NCBI GenBank assembly: GCA_034723395.1
Contig: JAYEOW010000029.1
Location: forward strand, 73,293-137,292
DNA from: Candidatus Margulisiibacteriota bacterium
GTDB taxonomy: Bacteria; Margulisbacteria; WOR-1; O2-12-FULL-45-9
Direction: 5' to 3'
DNA: 64,000 nucleotides
This document shows, in pieces, positions 21,775 to 31,959 of this stretch. A program made the translations under genes and the position numbers. The stretch's first letter is position 1. Each line of letters opens with the position of its first letter. The notes under the pieces are model-generated. The model was not told the DNA's origin, did no database searches, and was given only the letters and a program-made list of their open reading frames with translations.

Positions 21775-24700
21775 ATGCTTGAATATCTGATTCAAGTGCA
21801 AAATTTTTTACTTTTGCTTGCCCTCGTTTTAAACCTCGGGTTAAGTAGCTTTATTTTTGCTAAAAACAGCAAAAGCGAGATCAACCGCTCATTTTCTGCC
21901 ATGCTTTTTTGGACGGCGGTATGGGTGGTCAGTTTGTTGGTCTTTTTAAACTTAAAAAACGGCGATTGGATACTTTTCGTCCGCCGGCTGACCCCGGTAG
22001 GCGCGTCGATCCTGGTGGGGTATTTTCTCTGCTTTGCGAAGGTATTTCCCAAAAGCGAAGGAACATGTCCCTGGCAAAAACGGATATTCATCTTAGCGCC
22101 GGGATACGTTTTTGCGGCTCTATCCGTGACCACTCCCTGGATGATCGCCGGGTTTTCCATTGGTGATCCGCGCTACCTTTTTCTGGGAAAGCCTAGCTTT
22201 GGGTTTTTGTATTTTGTCTGGGCGCTTTATTTTATAAGTTATTTTGTCTTGGCCTCATATATTTTATATAGCAAGTTTAAAGACAGCGAAGGTCGGCAGA
22301 AACTCCAGGTTTGGTATGTGTTGTTTGGAACGGTTTTGGCCGGAGGGGGGGGCGCTTCGTTAAGCTTGTTACTGCCGCTTTTTAAGGTCCCGCAATTTTT
22401 TACAATTGGTCCGTTGGCAGCCCTGATCCTTGCCGGATTTACCGCGTATACAATTATCAAGTATAGGCTGCTCCAGATAGAGGATTTTTTGACCCGGGGA
22501 GTATATTTAATTATCGGCTTAAGCGCAATAATCGGGACAATGGTCTTTATGATGACCGGCCAGGTTGCTTTTGTGCCGACCTTTATCCTGATCTTTGTCC
22601 AGGGCGTGCTGGGGTTCTTGATATATATACGCAACAATAAAAGCGAGATCAATCTCTCTTATTCAGCGATCGTCTTCTTCTTCGCTTTTTGGAATTACTA
22701 TGCGTATCAGGTTACCCACCGGATATCGTCGGAGATGGTCTGGGCGGACAAGCTGATTTTTGTGGTGGCCTCTTTTCTGGTCGCCTTCTTTTTGCATTTT
22801 TCGAATGTCTTTCCCCGCGCGCGCAAAGGGTTTAGCAGTTTTAACCGGGCCTTGATATTTATCTTCCCGTTAATATTATCCGCGCTGGTGCCGTTTAACC
22901 TGATCATCAAGAATATCAGCATTGTGAACAATACGATCTTTCCGGTCTTTGGCCCGGCCTATCCGTTTTTTATGGTCTACGCGATCGCCTATGTGGGATT
23001 TGGATTATTTAACCTGATCAGAAGTTCTCTTTCTTCGACCGGGATCGAAAAACTACAGGTCCGCTATGTCCTTTTTGGACTCTTTTCAAGTTCGACCTTA
23101 ATCTTAGTTTCCAACCTTATCCTCCCCTGGCTGGGAGAAGCGCGGCTGGCCCCTTTTGGTCCGTTCTTTACCCTCTTTTTTGTCTTTGCAACTTCTTATG
23201 CAATATTAAAGCACAGGTTAATGAGCATTGAGATTATTGTGCAGCGCGGTTTTGTTTATGGGATCGTTACTGTAATTATTATGGCGCTTTATGCGCTGGC
23301 GGTGATCATATCCGAAACCTTCTTGCGGCAGATAATGGGCTACAGCTCTCTTATAATTACTGCCGCAGCCGCGCTTTTGATCGCTGTCTTGTACCAGCCG
23401 ATGATTAGGGCTTTTCAAGGGGGAACCGACCGTATCTTTTTCCGCGGCCGTTATGATTACCGCAAAACATTACGGGAGATCAGCCAACGGATAGCGTCGG
23501 TAATTAAGCTGGAAGAGCTTACCCAGCTGATTGTCTCCTCTTTTATTGATATGATGAAGATATCGGAAATATCTTTCTTATTATCAGATAAGGAGAAAGA
23601 GCACTTTCGCTCGGTGCCAATATCGCTGCCCCGCTACAACAAGATCGAGATTGATGTGGATAGCCCGATTGTCTCCTGGCTAAATTCGGCAAAGGATATC
23701 CTGGTGCGTGATGAGATCGAAGATGAGATCGGGAGGCAGGAGGCACTGGGAGAAGTTGGCAATATCCGCCGCCAGAGCTTGGAAGAAGTGCGGGATGAAA
23801 TGGAACGGTTGGGGATTTCGGTCTGGGTCCCGATTATTTCTAAAGAAGAGTTGATCGGAATTATCGCCCTGGGGAACAAGCTCTCCGGAGATATTTTTTC
23901 AACCGAAGACATTGGTCTTTTAAGCACCTTGGGAAACCAGACCGCGGTCGCGCTCGATAACGCGCGCCTTTATGACGAAGTTGTGAATATGAAGGACTAT
24001 AACGAAGAGATCCTGCAATCGATGGTCACCGGCGTGATGACCGTTGATACGCGCGGCAAGATTGTCACTTTTAATTCGATGGCCGAAAGGATCACGGGGA
24101 GGAACCGGGAGGAGGTATTGGCGAAGGGTTGTGAAGATATTTGGGGGAGGAGGGGGACAATCCCGAATGTTATTGCCAATTCCCTTAAGGACCGATGTTA
24201 TGTTAATTTCGAATCAAGTATCGCTTCTCCGGAAAGAGGATTAGTTCCGGTCGCTTTTACCTCAACCGTCCTGCGCGATCACCTAGGCAAAAAGATCGGC
24301 GCCCTCTTGACGGTCCGCGACCTGTCCGAAGTAAAAGAGCTTGAAGAAAAGGTCCGCCGGGCGGATAAGCTGACCGCATTGGCGACGATGTCGGCGGGGA
24401 TGGCGCACGAGATCAAAAATCCGCTCTCTTCGATGAAGGTCCTTTCCCAGCTGCTGCCTAAAAAATACGATGATATGGAGTTTAGAAAAAAATTCGAAGA
24501 GATTGTTCCCCGAGAAATTAACCGGATCGACCGGATTGTCGAGAGCCTGCTTAGTTTCGCGCGGGCGACCGCGCTAACTTTTGAAAAAGCGAATGTGAAT
24601 GAGCTTTTAGAAGAGAATGCAAGATATTTCCAGGATCAAGCCAAGGCGGTTGATGTAAAGATAACAACAATTTATGCTGACCTTCCCGAGATCGAACTTG

Positions 24701-25047
24701 ATAAAGGGCAGCTCTCCCAGGTCTTTTCGAATTTGATGTTAAACGCGATCCAGGCGATGTCCGAAGGCGGAGAGCTTAAGGTCGTTAGCATGCCGGGGAA
24801 AAGGGTTATGGACCAGCTGCAAACGGTAAGCATTAAAATATCGGATACCGGGCACGGTATGCCGGGGGAAACAGTTAATAAACTCTTCGATCCCTTCTTT
24901 ACTACAAAATACGGAGGGACTGGATTAGGGCTTACCATTTCGCATAATATAGTGGATGGGCATCGCGGCTATATAGACGTCGAGAGCAAGGTTGGCAAAG
25001 GGACGAGCTTTATAATCACTTTACCGGTTTCCCAAGGATTGCTATAA
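21775..25047 (+). CDS. Multi-TM sensor histidine kinase with GAF, PAS, HisKA and HATPase domains
   Basis: About 14 TM helices at the N-terminus. GAF region ELIGIIALGNKL...DNARLYDEV. H-box MAHEIKNPLSSM. G-box GTGLGLTISHNIV. Confidence 0.9.
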   Translation: MLEYLIQVQNFLLLLALVLNLGLSSFIFAKNSKSEINRSFSAMLFWTAVWVVSLLVFLNLKNGDWILFVRRLTPVGASILVGYFLCFAKVFPKSEGTCPWQKRIFILAPGYVFAALSVTTPWMIAGFSIGDPRYLFLGKPSFGFLYFVWALYFISYFVLASYILYSKFKDSEGRQKLQVWYVLFGTVLAGGGGASLSLLLPLFKVPQFFTIGPLAALILAGFTAYTIIKYRLLQIEDFLTRGVYLIIGLSAIIGTMVFMMTGQVAFVPTFILIFVQGVLGFLIYIRNNKSEINLSYSAIVFFFAFWNYYAYQVTHRISSEMVWADKLIFVVASFLVAFFLHFSNVFPRARKGFSSFNRALIFIFPLILSALVPFNLIIKNISIVNNTIFPVFGPAYPFFMVYAIAYVGFGLFNLIRSSLSSTGIEKLQVRYVLFGLFSSSTLILVSNLILPWLGEARLAPFGPFFTLFFVFATSYAILKHRLMSIEIIVQRGFVYGIVTVIIMALYALAVIISETFLRQIMGYSSLIITAAAALLIAVLYQPMIRAFQGGTDRIFFRGRYDYRKTLREISQRIASVIKLEELTQLIVSSFIDMMKISEISFLLSDKEKEHFRSVPISLPRYNKIEIDVDSPIVSWLNSAKDILVRDEIEDEIGRQEALGEVGNIRRQSLEEVRDEMERLGISVWVPIISKEELIGIIALGNKLSGDIFSTEDIGLLSTLGNQTAVALDNARLYDEVVNMKDYNEEILQSMVTGVMTVDTRGKIVTFNSMAERITGRNREEVLAKGCEDIWGRRGTIPNVIANSLKDRCYVNFESSIASPERGLVPVAFTSTVLRDHLGKKIGALLTVRDLSEVKELEEKVRRADKLTALATMSAGMAHEIKNPLSSMKVLSQLLPKKYDDMEFRKKFEEIVPREINRIDRIVESLLSFARATALTFEKANVNELLEENARYFQDQAKAVDVKITTIYADLPEIELDKGQLSQVFSNLMLNAIQAMSEGGELKVVSMPGKRVMDQLQTVSIKISDTGHGMPGETVNKLFDPFFTTKYGGTGLGLTISHNIVDGHRGYIDVESKVGKGTSFIITLPVSQGLL

Positions 25048-25057
25048 TTATCCTGAA

Positions 25058-26284
25058 ATGATGAAAAAATTAATCCTGTTGGTCGAAGATGATCATAAGA
25101 GCGAAGCGGCGGTAAAAGATATAATTGGACGCGATTATAATCTTAAGCTCGTAAAAGATAAAGAAGGGGCGGCCGATTTTCTCTCGTCCCATGTCCCGGA
25201 CCTGATTTTGATCGATTTTGACCTCAAGAAAAAAGATGGTTTACAGGTCTATCGTGAGCTTCGGCCAAACTTCAAGGTAATTATGCTCTCTGCTTCGGGG
25301 AATATCCCCTTAGCGGTAACCGCTACTAAACAGGGGATAGTCGATTTTCTCCGCAAGCCGATTAATGCGGATGAGCTTAGAGAGGCGATCGAAAGAAATA
25401 TAGAGGAGCATGAAAAGCGGCTTTACTTTGTAAAGGACGCTGGTTGGCTTAAAGGAGAAAGTGCCGGGATAAAAGATGCCTTAAAAGGGATTGCGGATGT
25501 GGTAAGAGGAAAGAAGGATGTGGTGTTGGTTGGCGAGAGGGGGGTACCTTTGGAGGCGGTAGCGGAGTTTATCCATTTTAATGGGGCAAATAACCGCAAG
25601 AAATTGTTAACGCTCAACCTGGTTTCTTACGCAAGCGAAAATCTGGAGAGCCATTTCTGGACCAGTTTAAAGGCGATTTTGGAAATTCCCGACGCTAATT
25701 CGCTGCGGAGAGAAGCCGACCTTTGCGGGACCCTTTATCTGGAAAACCTTGATAGTTTAGGAGCGAGTTTTAAAGAGAGCGTATTGGGCTATTTTAAAAA
25801 AGCAAAAAAGGATGTTCAGCTGATTTTTGGCTCGGCATCGAAGGTAAACGGATATTCGAATATAAAAATCCCTGGTATCGCGGAAAGAAAAGAAGACCTC
25901 CCGTCCCTTTTGGAATATTTTCTAGGTAAGATATCGATAAAATACAATAAAATGGTGAGATTTATCTCATCTGATCTTTTGAAATATTTAGCAGGTTATG
26001 CTTTCCCCGGAAATTATGTTGAGCTGGAAAAGATGATCGAAGAAGCGGTTCTGGCCGCAAAGGATGTAAATATTGGGCCAAAGAATTTTCCGCTTTCGAA
26101 TAATGGCTTGATCGAATCATCCCTGAAAAGATCATTAAACGAACAGCTCACTTTGGAGGAGGCAAGAAGGGGATATGAGAAATGCCTCTTCGGGGTCTTA
26201 ATGCAGAAAACGGGAGGGGAAGAGGGCGCGGTGGCCCGGTTTATCGACCTTCCACGCTCAAGAGTCAAGGACCTGATCGATTAG
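25058..26284 (+). CDS. NtrC-family response regulator with REC domain, degenerate AAA+ domain and C-terminal HTH
   Basis: REC domain LILLVEDDHKS...LILIDFDL. The central AAA-like region lacks a canonical Walker A (GERGVPLE) and has no GAFTGA motif. C-terminal Fis-like HTH. Confidence 0.8.
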   Translation: MMKKLILLVEDDHKSEAAVKDIIGRDYNLKLVKDKEGAADFLSSHVPDLILIDFDLKKKDGLQVYRELRPNFKVIMLSASGNIPLAVTATKQGIVDFLRKPINADELREAIERNIEEHEKRLYFVKDAGWLKGESAGIKDALKGIADVVRGKKDVVLVGERGVPLEAVAEFIHFNGANNRKKLLTLNLVSYASENLESHFWTSLKAILEIPDANSLRREADLCGTLYLENLDSLGASFKESVLGYFKKAKKDVQLIFGSASKVNGYSNIKIPGIAERKEDLPSLLEYFLGKISIKYNKMVRFISSDLLKYLAGYAFPGNYVELEKMIEEAVLAAKDVNIGPKNFPLSNNGLIESSLKRSLNEQLTLEEARRGYEKCLFGVLMQKTGGEEGAVARFIDLPRSRVKDLID

Positions 26285-27601
26285 ATCTTTTGCTTCCTGC
26301 TTCTTTTTTCCTTCGGCGATCAGGCGAATAACCGGTTCGGTATTCGATGCCCTCACGTGGATCCAGCTTTGCGGCAATAAGACCTTAACTCCGTCGGTTA
26401 CGATCAGCTCTTCCCCCTTAAAAATGAGTTTTACCTTATTTAACATTTTTTCTACTTCATCCTGGTTTTTGCATTTAATTTTCTCTTTTACCATATGATA
26501 TGCGGGGAGATCGTTGATTAATTCAGCTAAGCTTTTTCCTGAAGCAGCCATGTAGTCTAAGACCAGCGCAAGTGCGGTCTGTCCGTCACGGTTGAGGCCG
26601 ATCGGGGGATAGATCACTCCGCCATTTCCTTCTCCGCCGATCAGCCCGTCCAGTTTTTCCATCTCTTCCGCGATATGGACCTCGCCAATCTTGGTGCGAA
26701 TTAAGGTCCCGTTATACTCTTTTGCGATATCATCGATCGCCTTGGTTGTAGATAGATTTGTTATTACGATGTTTTTAACCGGGCTTTTGCTGTTTTGTTT
26801 TGCAAGAATGGACTTGACCACTAGGACGAGGGTAGTCTCTTCGCCGATCGGGGTCCCGTCGCTGGATATGATAGCGAGGCGGTCAGCGTCCGAATCGAGC
26901 GCAAACCCGATATCCGCGCGCTCTTTTTTTATCAGGCTTGATAGTTCGGTAAGATTTTCGGCGATCGGTTCGGGAGGGTGGGGAAAAGGTCTTTTAACGT
27001 CGCAATTGATCGCCTTTAATTGGCAGCCCAATCCCTCAAGGAGTTTAATGCAAATCTCCGATCCGGCGCCGTTGCAGCAGTCGAGGGCGACTTTGTACTT
27101 TTTACGGCGGATCGCGGGGACATCTACGATTTTTAATATCTTTTTTAAATGGGTCTCGATGGCGGATGGATCAGGAGTTATAGTCCCTGGCCCGCTTTTT
27201 GCAAACGCTTTGTTCTCGTATATATTGATTAACTTTTCAAGTTGTTTTTCATTGAGGAATATCCCATTCCCGCGGATAAATTTTAACCCATTCCAGGGGA
27301 GGGGGTTATGCGAAGCGGTAATGATCATCCCCCCGTCTGCTTTTAACTTTCGAACCATGATACCAACGGTTGGAGTGGGGCAGATACCAAGGTCGATAAC
27401 TTTACAGCCGGTAGAAAGGAGCCCTGCAAAGACGCTCTCTTTGATGGTCTTGGAAGAGGCGCGGGGATCGGTCCCGACAATGACCAGCTTTGATCCCCCC
27501 AGGAAGGTCCCAAAGGCCTTGGCAAAATCGGCGCAGATCTCCGGAGTGAGATCCTCCGGAACATATCCACGTATACCGGAAATGCTGATTTTTAGCGACA
27601 T
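26258..27601 (-). CDS. glmM: Phosphoglucosamine mutase / phosphohexomutase family
   Basis: GMIITASHNP is the active-site phosphoserine motif. 447 aa, four-domain phosphohexomutase architecture. Convergent 27-nt overlap with the response-regulator gene. Confidence 0.85.
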   Translation of the reverse strand: MSLKISISGIRGYVPEDLTPEICADFAKAFGTFLGGSKLVIVGTDPRASSKTIKESVFAGLLSTGCKVIDLGICPTPTVGIMVRKLKADGGMIITASHNPLPWNGLKFIRGNGIFLNEKQLEKLINIYENKAFAKSGPGTITPDPSAIETHLKKILKIVDVPAIRRKKYKVALDCCNGAGSEICIKLLEGLGCQLKAINCDVKRPFPHPPEPIAENLTELSSLIKKERADIGFALDSDADRLAIISSDGTPIGEETTLVLVVKSILAKQNSKSPVKNIVITNLSTTKAIDDIAKEYNGTLIRTKIGEVHIAEEMEKLDGLIGGEGNGGVIYPPIGLNRDGQTALALVLDYMAASGKSLAELINDLPAYHMVKEKIKCKNQDEVEKMLNKVKLIFKGEELIVTDGVKVLLPQSWIHVRASNTEPVIRLIAEGKKKQEAKDLIDQVLDS

Positions 27602-27642
27602 GTTGACTATTATAACACAAACTGTTAAACTCTAAAAACGCC

Positions 27643-28431
27643 ATGGAAAATATTATTTTAGGGTCGATAATGCCGCATCCTCCGATACTGATCCCGGATA
27701 TCGGTAAAAACCGGATCGAAGATGCGGGAGCGAGTAAGAAGGCGCTGGAAAACGTGGCAAAAAAGATAAAAGAGCTCGATTTTGACACGATCATTGTTAT
27801 TACTCCTCACGGAGAGGTTGGTCGGGCGTCGGTCCCAGTATACACCGGACACATTTTTGAGGGAAGTTTTAGTATGTTCGGGATGCCCAAGCCGGTCTTT
27901 AACTTTAAGGGGGACCCGGAGCTTGGTTTGGCGATCGTCAAGGGGTCGGAGTTGGCTTCGAACTGTGCAGAGACACTATTGGATCACGGCGCTCTGGTCC
28001 CGCTTTATTATCCATTTACGATGGGGGTAAAGAACCCGGTCCTTCCGGTTGGAATTGGATTTATGCCGCTTACAAAGTTGTATGAGTTCGGAAAAAATAT
28101 GGCCAGGACGATAAAAGAGTTAAACCGGAAGGTAGTGATTGTTGCTTCGGCAGATATGTCGCATCGATTAACTCCCGATGCCCCTTCTGGATATAGCCCG
28201 AAAGGGAGAGAATTCGACAAGGAGCTGGTTAAGCTGGTTGAGAACTATGATGTTAAGGGGATATTAAACTTTGATGAGGCATTAGCCGAAGAGGCGGGCC
28301 AGGACGCGCTCTGGTCGATCGCGATCCTTTTTGGAGCTTTGGACGGGATGGACGTAAAACAGGAGCTGTTGTCATATGAAGGTCCGTTTGGCGTCGGATA
28401 TATGGTAGCCACTTTTGAGATAAAAAACTAA
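27643..28431 (+). CDS. Memo-like / LigB-superfamily protein (AmmeMemoRadiSam system protein B-like)
   Basis: IMPHPPILIP, ITPHGE and VIVASADMSHR match the Memo family SxDxSH motif. Located next to an AMMECR1 gene. Confidence 0.7.
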   Translation: MENIILGSIMPHPPILIPDIGKNRIEDAGASKKALENVAKKIKELDFDTIIVITPHGEVGRASVPVYTGHIFEGSFSMFGMPKPVFNFKGDPELGLAIVKGSELASNCAETLLDHGALVPLYYPFTMGVKNPVLPVGIGFMPLTKLYEFGKNMARTIKELNRKVVIVASADMSHRLTPDAPSGYSPKGREFDKELVKLVENYDVKGILNFDEALAEEAGQDALWSIAILFGALDGMDVKQELLSYEGPFGVGYMVATFEIKN

Positions 28432-28443
28432 AAATAAAAAACG

Positions 28444-28953
28444 ATGGAACATCTATTAGTACAACTGGCCAGGAAAACGATCGATACTTATATTAAAGAG
28501 AAAAAAGTAATCGATTTCCCGGTTGACTTAACTCCAGAGATGAAAGCTAAGGCGGGGGTATTTGTGTCTCTGCATCGACAAGGTAAATTGCGTGGTTGTA
28601 TCGGTACCTTTACGCCGACGACCGAGAATGTGGCCAAAGAGATTATTCGTAATGCGATCGAATCTTCAACGCAGGATCCGCGTTTTCCGCCGGTGGAAAA
28701 GGATGAATTAGCAGATCTTGAGATCTCGGTGGATCTTTTGGGGATCCCGGAGCCGGTTAAATCGGTTAAAGAGCTTGATGCAGAAAAGTATGGCGTTATA
28801 ATAAAGTCAGGAGTAAGAAGAGGGCTTCTGCTTCCCGATCTTCCCGGAGTGGATACTCCTGAGGAGCAGATCGAAATATGTCGACAAAAGGCGGGGATCG
28901 GGGACGATGAACCACTGGAATTATTTAAATTTGAAGTTAGGAGGTTTCACTGA
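28444..28953 (+). CDS. AMMECR1-domain protein (AmmeMemoRadiSam system protein A-like)
   Basis: VFVSLHRQGKLRGCIGTFTPT includes the conserved CIG motif. 169 aa. Confidence 0.85.
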   Translation: MEHLLVQLARKTIDTYIKEKKVIDFPVDLTPEMKAKAGVFVSLHRQGKLRGCIGTFTPTTENVAKEIIRNAIESSTQDPRFPPVEKDELADLEISVDLLGIPEPVKSVKELDAEKYGVIIKSGVRRGLLLPDLPGVDTPEEQIEICRQKAGIGDDEPLELFKFEVRRFH

Positions 28954-30005
28954 TGATTAAAATAGGAATAGTAGGAGCAGGGGGATACGCGGGTATCACT
29001 CTGATCCAGATATTATTACGGCATCCGGAAGCAAAGATCGTCTGGGCGATGTCTGAAGATGCACATAAGGGGAAAAAGTTGGACGAATTATATCCCCATT
29101 TGCAGGGAGAGATCGACCTTACCATCCAGACCTTAGCTGATTTAGATAAGGTTTTAAACAAGATAGATTTAGTTTTCCTGGCTCTTCCTCACGGGATCGC
29201 GCTAAATTATGTCCCACAAATGTTAAAGGCCGGCAAAAAAGTTGTCGACTTGGGGGCAGATTACCGGTTTAATGACGAAGCGGTATTTAAAAAATGGTAT
29301 AACGTCGACCATAAGGACAAAGGGTTGCTAAAAGAGGCGGTCTTTGGTCTTCCCGAGTTTTACCGGAAAGAGATCAAGCAAGCGAAGCTGATCGCTAATC
29401 CGGGCTGTTATCCTACAGCGGCTATTTTAGGGTTAGCGCCGCTAATAAAGGATAAATTGATCGAGGCCGATGGTATCGTAGTTAATGCCGCATCTGGAAC
29501 AACGGGAGCTGGCCGAGGAGTTTCGATCAAGACCCATTTTTGTGAGCGCAACGAAGGGTTTGAAGCGTACAATGTTACCGGCCATCGGCATATGGGAGAG
29601 ATAGATTATCAGTTGACCCGAATATCCTCCGGTCCAGTTAAGGCTACTTTTGTTCCGCATCTGCTGCCGATGAACCGCGGCATTTTATCGACAATTTATG
29701 CCGATATAAAAAATGAAAAACAAAAGATAAAAAACAATGAATTAATTAATTTATATAAGAAATTTTATAAGAATGAGCCATTTGTTCGTATTCGAGAGGG
29801 ACAATTGCCGAATACCAAGTTTGTTGCCGGGACCAATTTCTGCGATATAGCGGTACAGGTCAATGAAGAAAAAGGGAAGGTAATCGTTATCGCCGCGATC
29901 GATAATCTGGTAAAAGGAGCTGCCGGCCAGGCGGTCCATAACATGAACCTTATGTGTGGATTTGAAGAGACTACCGGGCTGAAACAGATTGCGCTTTATC
30001 CATGA
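28953..30005 (+). CDS. argC: N-acetyl-gamma-glutamyl-phosphate reductase
   Basis: MIKIGIVGAGGYAGITLIQ Rossmann fold. Active-site region NPGCYPTA. Confidence 0.92.
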   Translation: MIKIGIVGAGGYAGITLIQILLRHPEAKIVWAMSEDAHKGKKLDELYPHLQGEIDLTIQTLADLDKVLNKIDLVFLALPHGIALNYVPQMLKAGKKVVDLGADYRFNDEAVFKKWYNVDHKDKGLLKEAVFGLPEFYRKEIKQAKLIANPGCYPTAAILGLAPLIKDKLIEADGIVVNAASGTTGAGRGVSIKTHFCERNEGFEAYNVTGHRHMGEIDYQLTRISSGPVKATFVPHLLPMNRGILSTIYADIKNEKQKIKNNELINLYKKFYKNEPFVRIREGQLPNTKFVAGTNFCDIAVQVNEEKGKVIVIAAIDNLVKGAAGQAVHNMNLMCGFEETTGLKQIALYP

Positions 30006-31090
30006 GCTCTTTACCAAAGGGATTTAAGGCGGCCGGGATCGCCTGCGGGATAAAAAAATCGGGCAAGCCGGACCTTTCGTTGATATATTCCGAGGTCCCT
30101 GCAATTGCCGCCGGTGTTTTTACCTCCAATCAAGTTAAAGGGAATCCGGTAATTGTTTCCAAGGCTTTTCTGAAAAACGGGATTGCCCAGGCAATAATTT
30201 CTAATGCCGGGAACGCTAACACCTGGACGGGGAAGCAAGGTCTGGGAGATGCGTTTGAAATGACCAAACTTACCGCGGACGCTTTGGGAATTCCCCAAAA
30301 CAATGTCTTGGTCACCTCAACCGGAGTTATTGCCAAGCCGTTGCCGTTGCCTAACATCCGCAAGGGGATTGAAAAGGTCACGAAAAAACTTTCTAAAACC
30401 GGATTAAAGGCGGCGGCTAAAGCGATTCTCACCACCGATACGCGGGTGAAAATGATTTCAGTTAAAGTCGGTAGGATCACAATCTCAGGGATTGCTAAAG
30501 GGTCGGGGATGATCGAGCCGAATATGTGCACCATGCACGCCTTTATTGCTACCGATGCCAAGATCGGTAAACGATCGTTGAATAAGCTTCTGAGGAATGC
30601 GGTAAACAAAAGTTTTAATCTGGTGTCGGTAGATGGTTGTATGTCGACCAGTGATTGTGTGATCGTATTGGCAAACGGAGAATCAGGAAAACCCGCAGGG
30701 AAAGAATTCATTAAGGCATTCGAAAAAATTTGCGAGTATTTGGCTAAAGAGATCGCTCGCGATGGGGAGGGAGCTTCAAAGTTGATGACGATAAAGGTTA
30801 AGAATGCCTGTAATGATAAAGATGCAAAGGCTGTGGTAAAGGCGATCGTTAACAATCATCTCTTAAAGGCGGCAGTTTATGGGCGGGATAAAAATGTCGG
30901 GCGAATTCTTCAGGCAGTTGGCGCAACCAAGGCAAAGGTTAATTGGAAAAAATTTAAATTCGATTGGAAAATCGGGAAGAAAGAAGATACTATAATGGTT
31001 GACCTTAAAGCCGGAAAAAAATCGGCTGCCGGCTGGGGATGCGATCTGACCGAAGGATACGTTAAGATCAATGCGAGGTACCATACTTAG
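30002..31090 (+). CDS. argJ: Bifunctional glutamate N-acetyltransferase / amino-acid acetyltransferase ArgJ
   Basis: GMIEPNMCTMHAFIATDA is the ArgJ autoproteolytic ATML-like site. Confidence 0.9.
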   Translation: MSSLPKGFKAAGIACGIKKSGKPDLSLIYSEVPAIAAGVFTSNQVKGNPVIVSKAFLKNGIAQAIISNAGNANTWTGKQGLGDAFEMTKLTADALGIPQNNVLVTSTGVIAKPLPLPNIRKGIEKVTKKLSKTGLKAAAKAILTTDTRVKMISVKVGRITISGIAKGSGMIEPNMCTMHAFIATDAKIGKRSLNKLLRNAVNKSFNLVSVDGCMSTSDCVIVLANGESGKPAGKEFIKAFEKICEYLAKEIARDGEGASKLMTIKVKNACNDKDAKAVVKAIVNNHLLKAAVYGRDKNVGRILQAVGATKAKVNWKKFKFDWKIGKKEDTIMVDLKAGKKSAAGWGCDLTEGYVKINARYHT

Positions 31091-31959
31091 TGTTTAAAAA
31101 AGAGATCAAACGCGCCAAAACGGTAATTGAAGCTCTCCCTTACCTGCGTGAGTTCCACAACAAGATTGTCGTCATAAAATATGGCGGTTCAGCGATGATC
31201 GATCCAGAGCTGAAAACCAATCTTTTACGGGATGTGGTTTTTTTGAAATTGGCGGGGATGCATCCGGTGATCGTCCACGGCGGCGGCCCGGAGATCAGCA
31301 AACGCCTAAAACGAAAAAAGATCGAATCGCATTTTGTCCAGGGATTGCGGGTAACCACCAAAGAGGTCATGAAAATTGTCGAATATGTCCTCGGTAATCG
31401 AGTTAATCGCGAGATCTGTTCTTTAATTAAAAAACATGGCGGTAAAGCCAAGGGGTTTTATGGTGCGAAGGGGTGTGTGATCAAAGCCCATAAGCATATG
31501 GTTAAAGCCGAAAATGGGAATTATATCGATTTAGGATATACCGGGAGTGTAGCCGGCATACGCTATCGATTGTTAAATAAATGGATAAAAAAGGGTTATA
31601 TTCCCGTTCTATCTCCGATCGGAGTAGGGCCAAGAGGAAAGTCTTATAATATAAATGCCGATAGCGCCGCCGCGGCGATCGCTTCTCATCTTAACGCGGT
31701 AAAACTGATCCTGCTAACCGACGTCCGTGGGGTTATGGACAAAGAGGGTGAATTGGTCTCGGAGATTGATGCCAGCCATATTAAACGGATGATCAAGCGT
31801 AAAGTAATTAAAGGGGGGATGATCCCCAAGGTCCAATGCTGCCTGCAGGCTTTGGGCCATGGAGTGGAACAGGTCCACATTTTAGATGGCCAAATTCCTC
31901 ACGTCTTACTCCTAGAATTATTTACCAACCGTGGTATCGGCACCATGGTAGTTAAATAA
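31090..31959 (+). CDS. argB: Acetylglutamate kinase
   Basis: VVIKYGGSAM...VIVHGGGP are the amino-acid-kinase motifs. Confidence 0.92.
   Translation: MFKKEIKRAKTVIEALPYLREFHNKIVVIKYGGSAMIDPELKTNLLRDVVFLKLAGMHPVIVHGGGPEISKRLKRKKIESHFVQGLRVTTKEVMKIVEYVLGNRVNREICSLIKKHGGKAKGFYGAKGCVIKAHKHMVKAENGNYIDLGYTGSVAGIRYRLLNKWIKKGYIPVLSPIGVGPRGKSYNINADSAAAAIASHLNAVKLILLTDVRGVMDKEGELVSEIDASHIKRMIKRKVIKGGMIPKVQCCLQALGHGVEQVHILDGQIPHVLLLELFTNRGIGTMVVK

Noticed and set aside
26691-27635. Long antisense ORFs (26691..27635, 30130..30855, 40158..40967, 16665..17300, 44265..44843, 46143..46841, 6234..6725)
   Set aside because: Each lies antisense to a gene with clear family signatures. They are low-complexity or Ser/Arg-rich translations typical of shadow ORFs.
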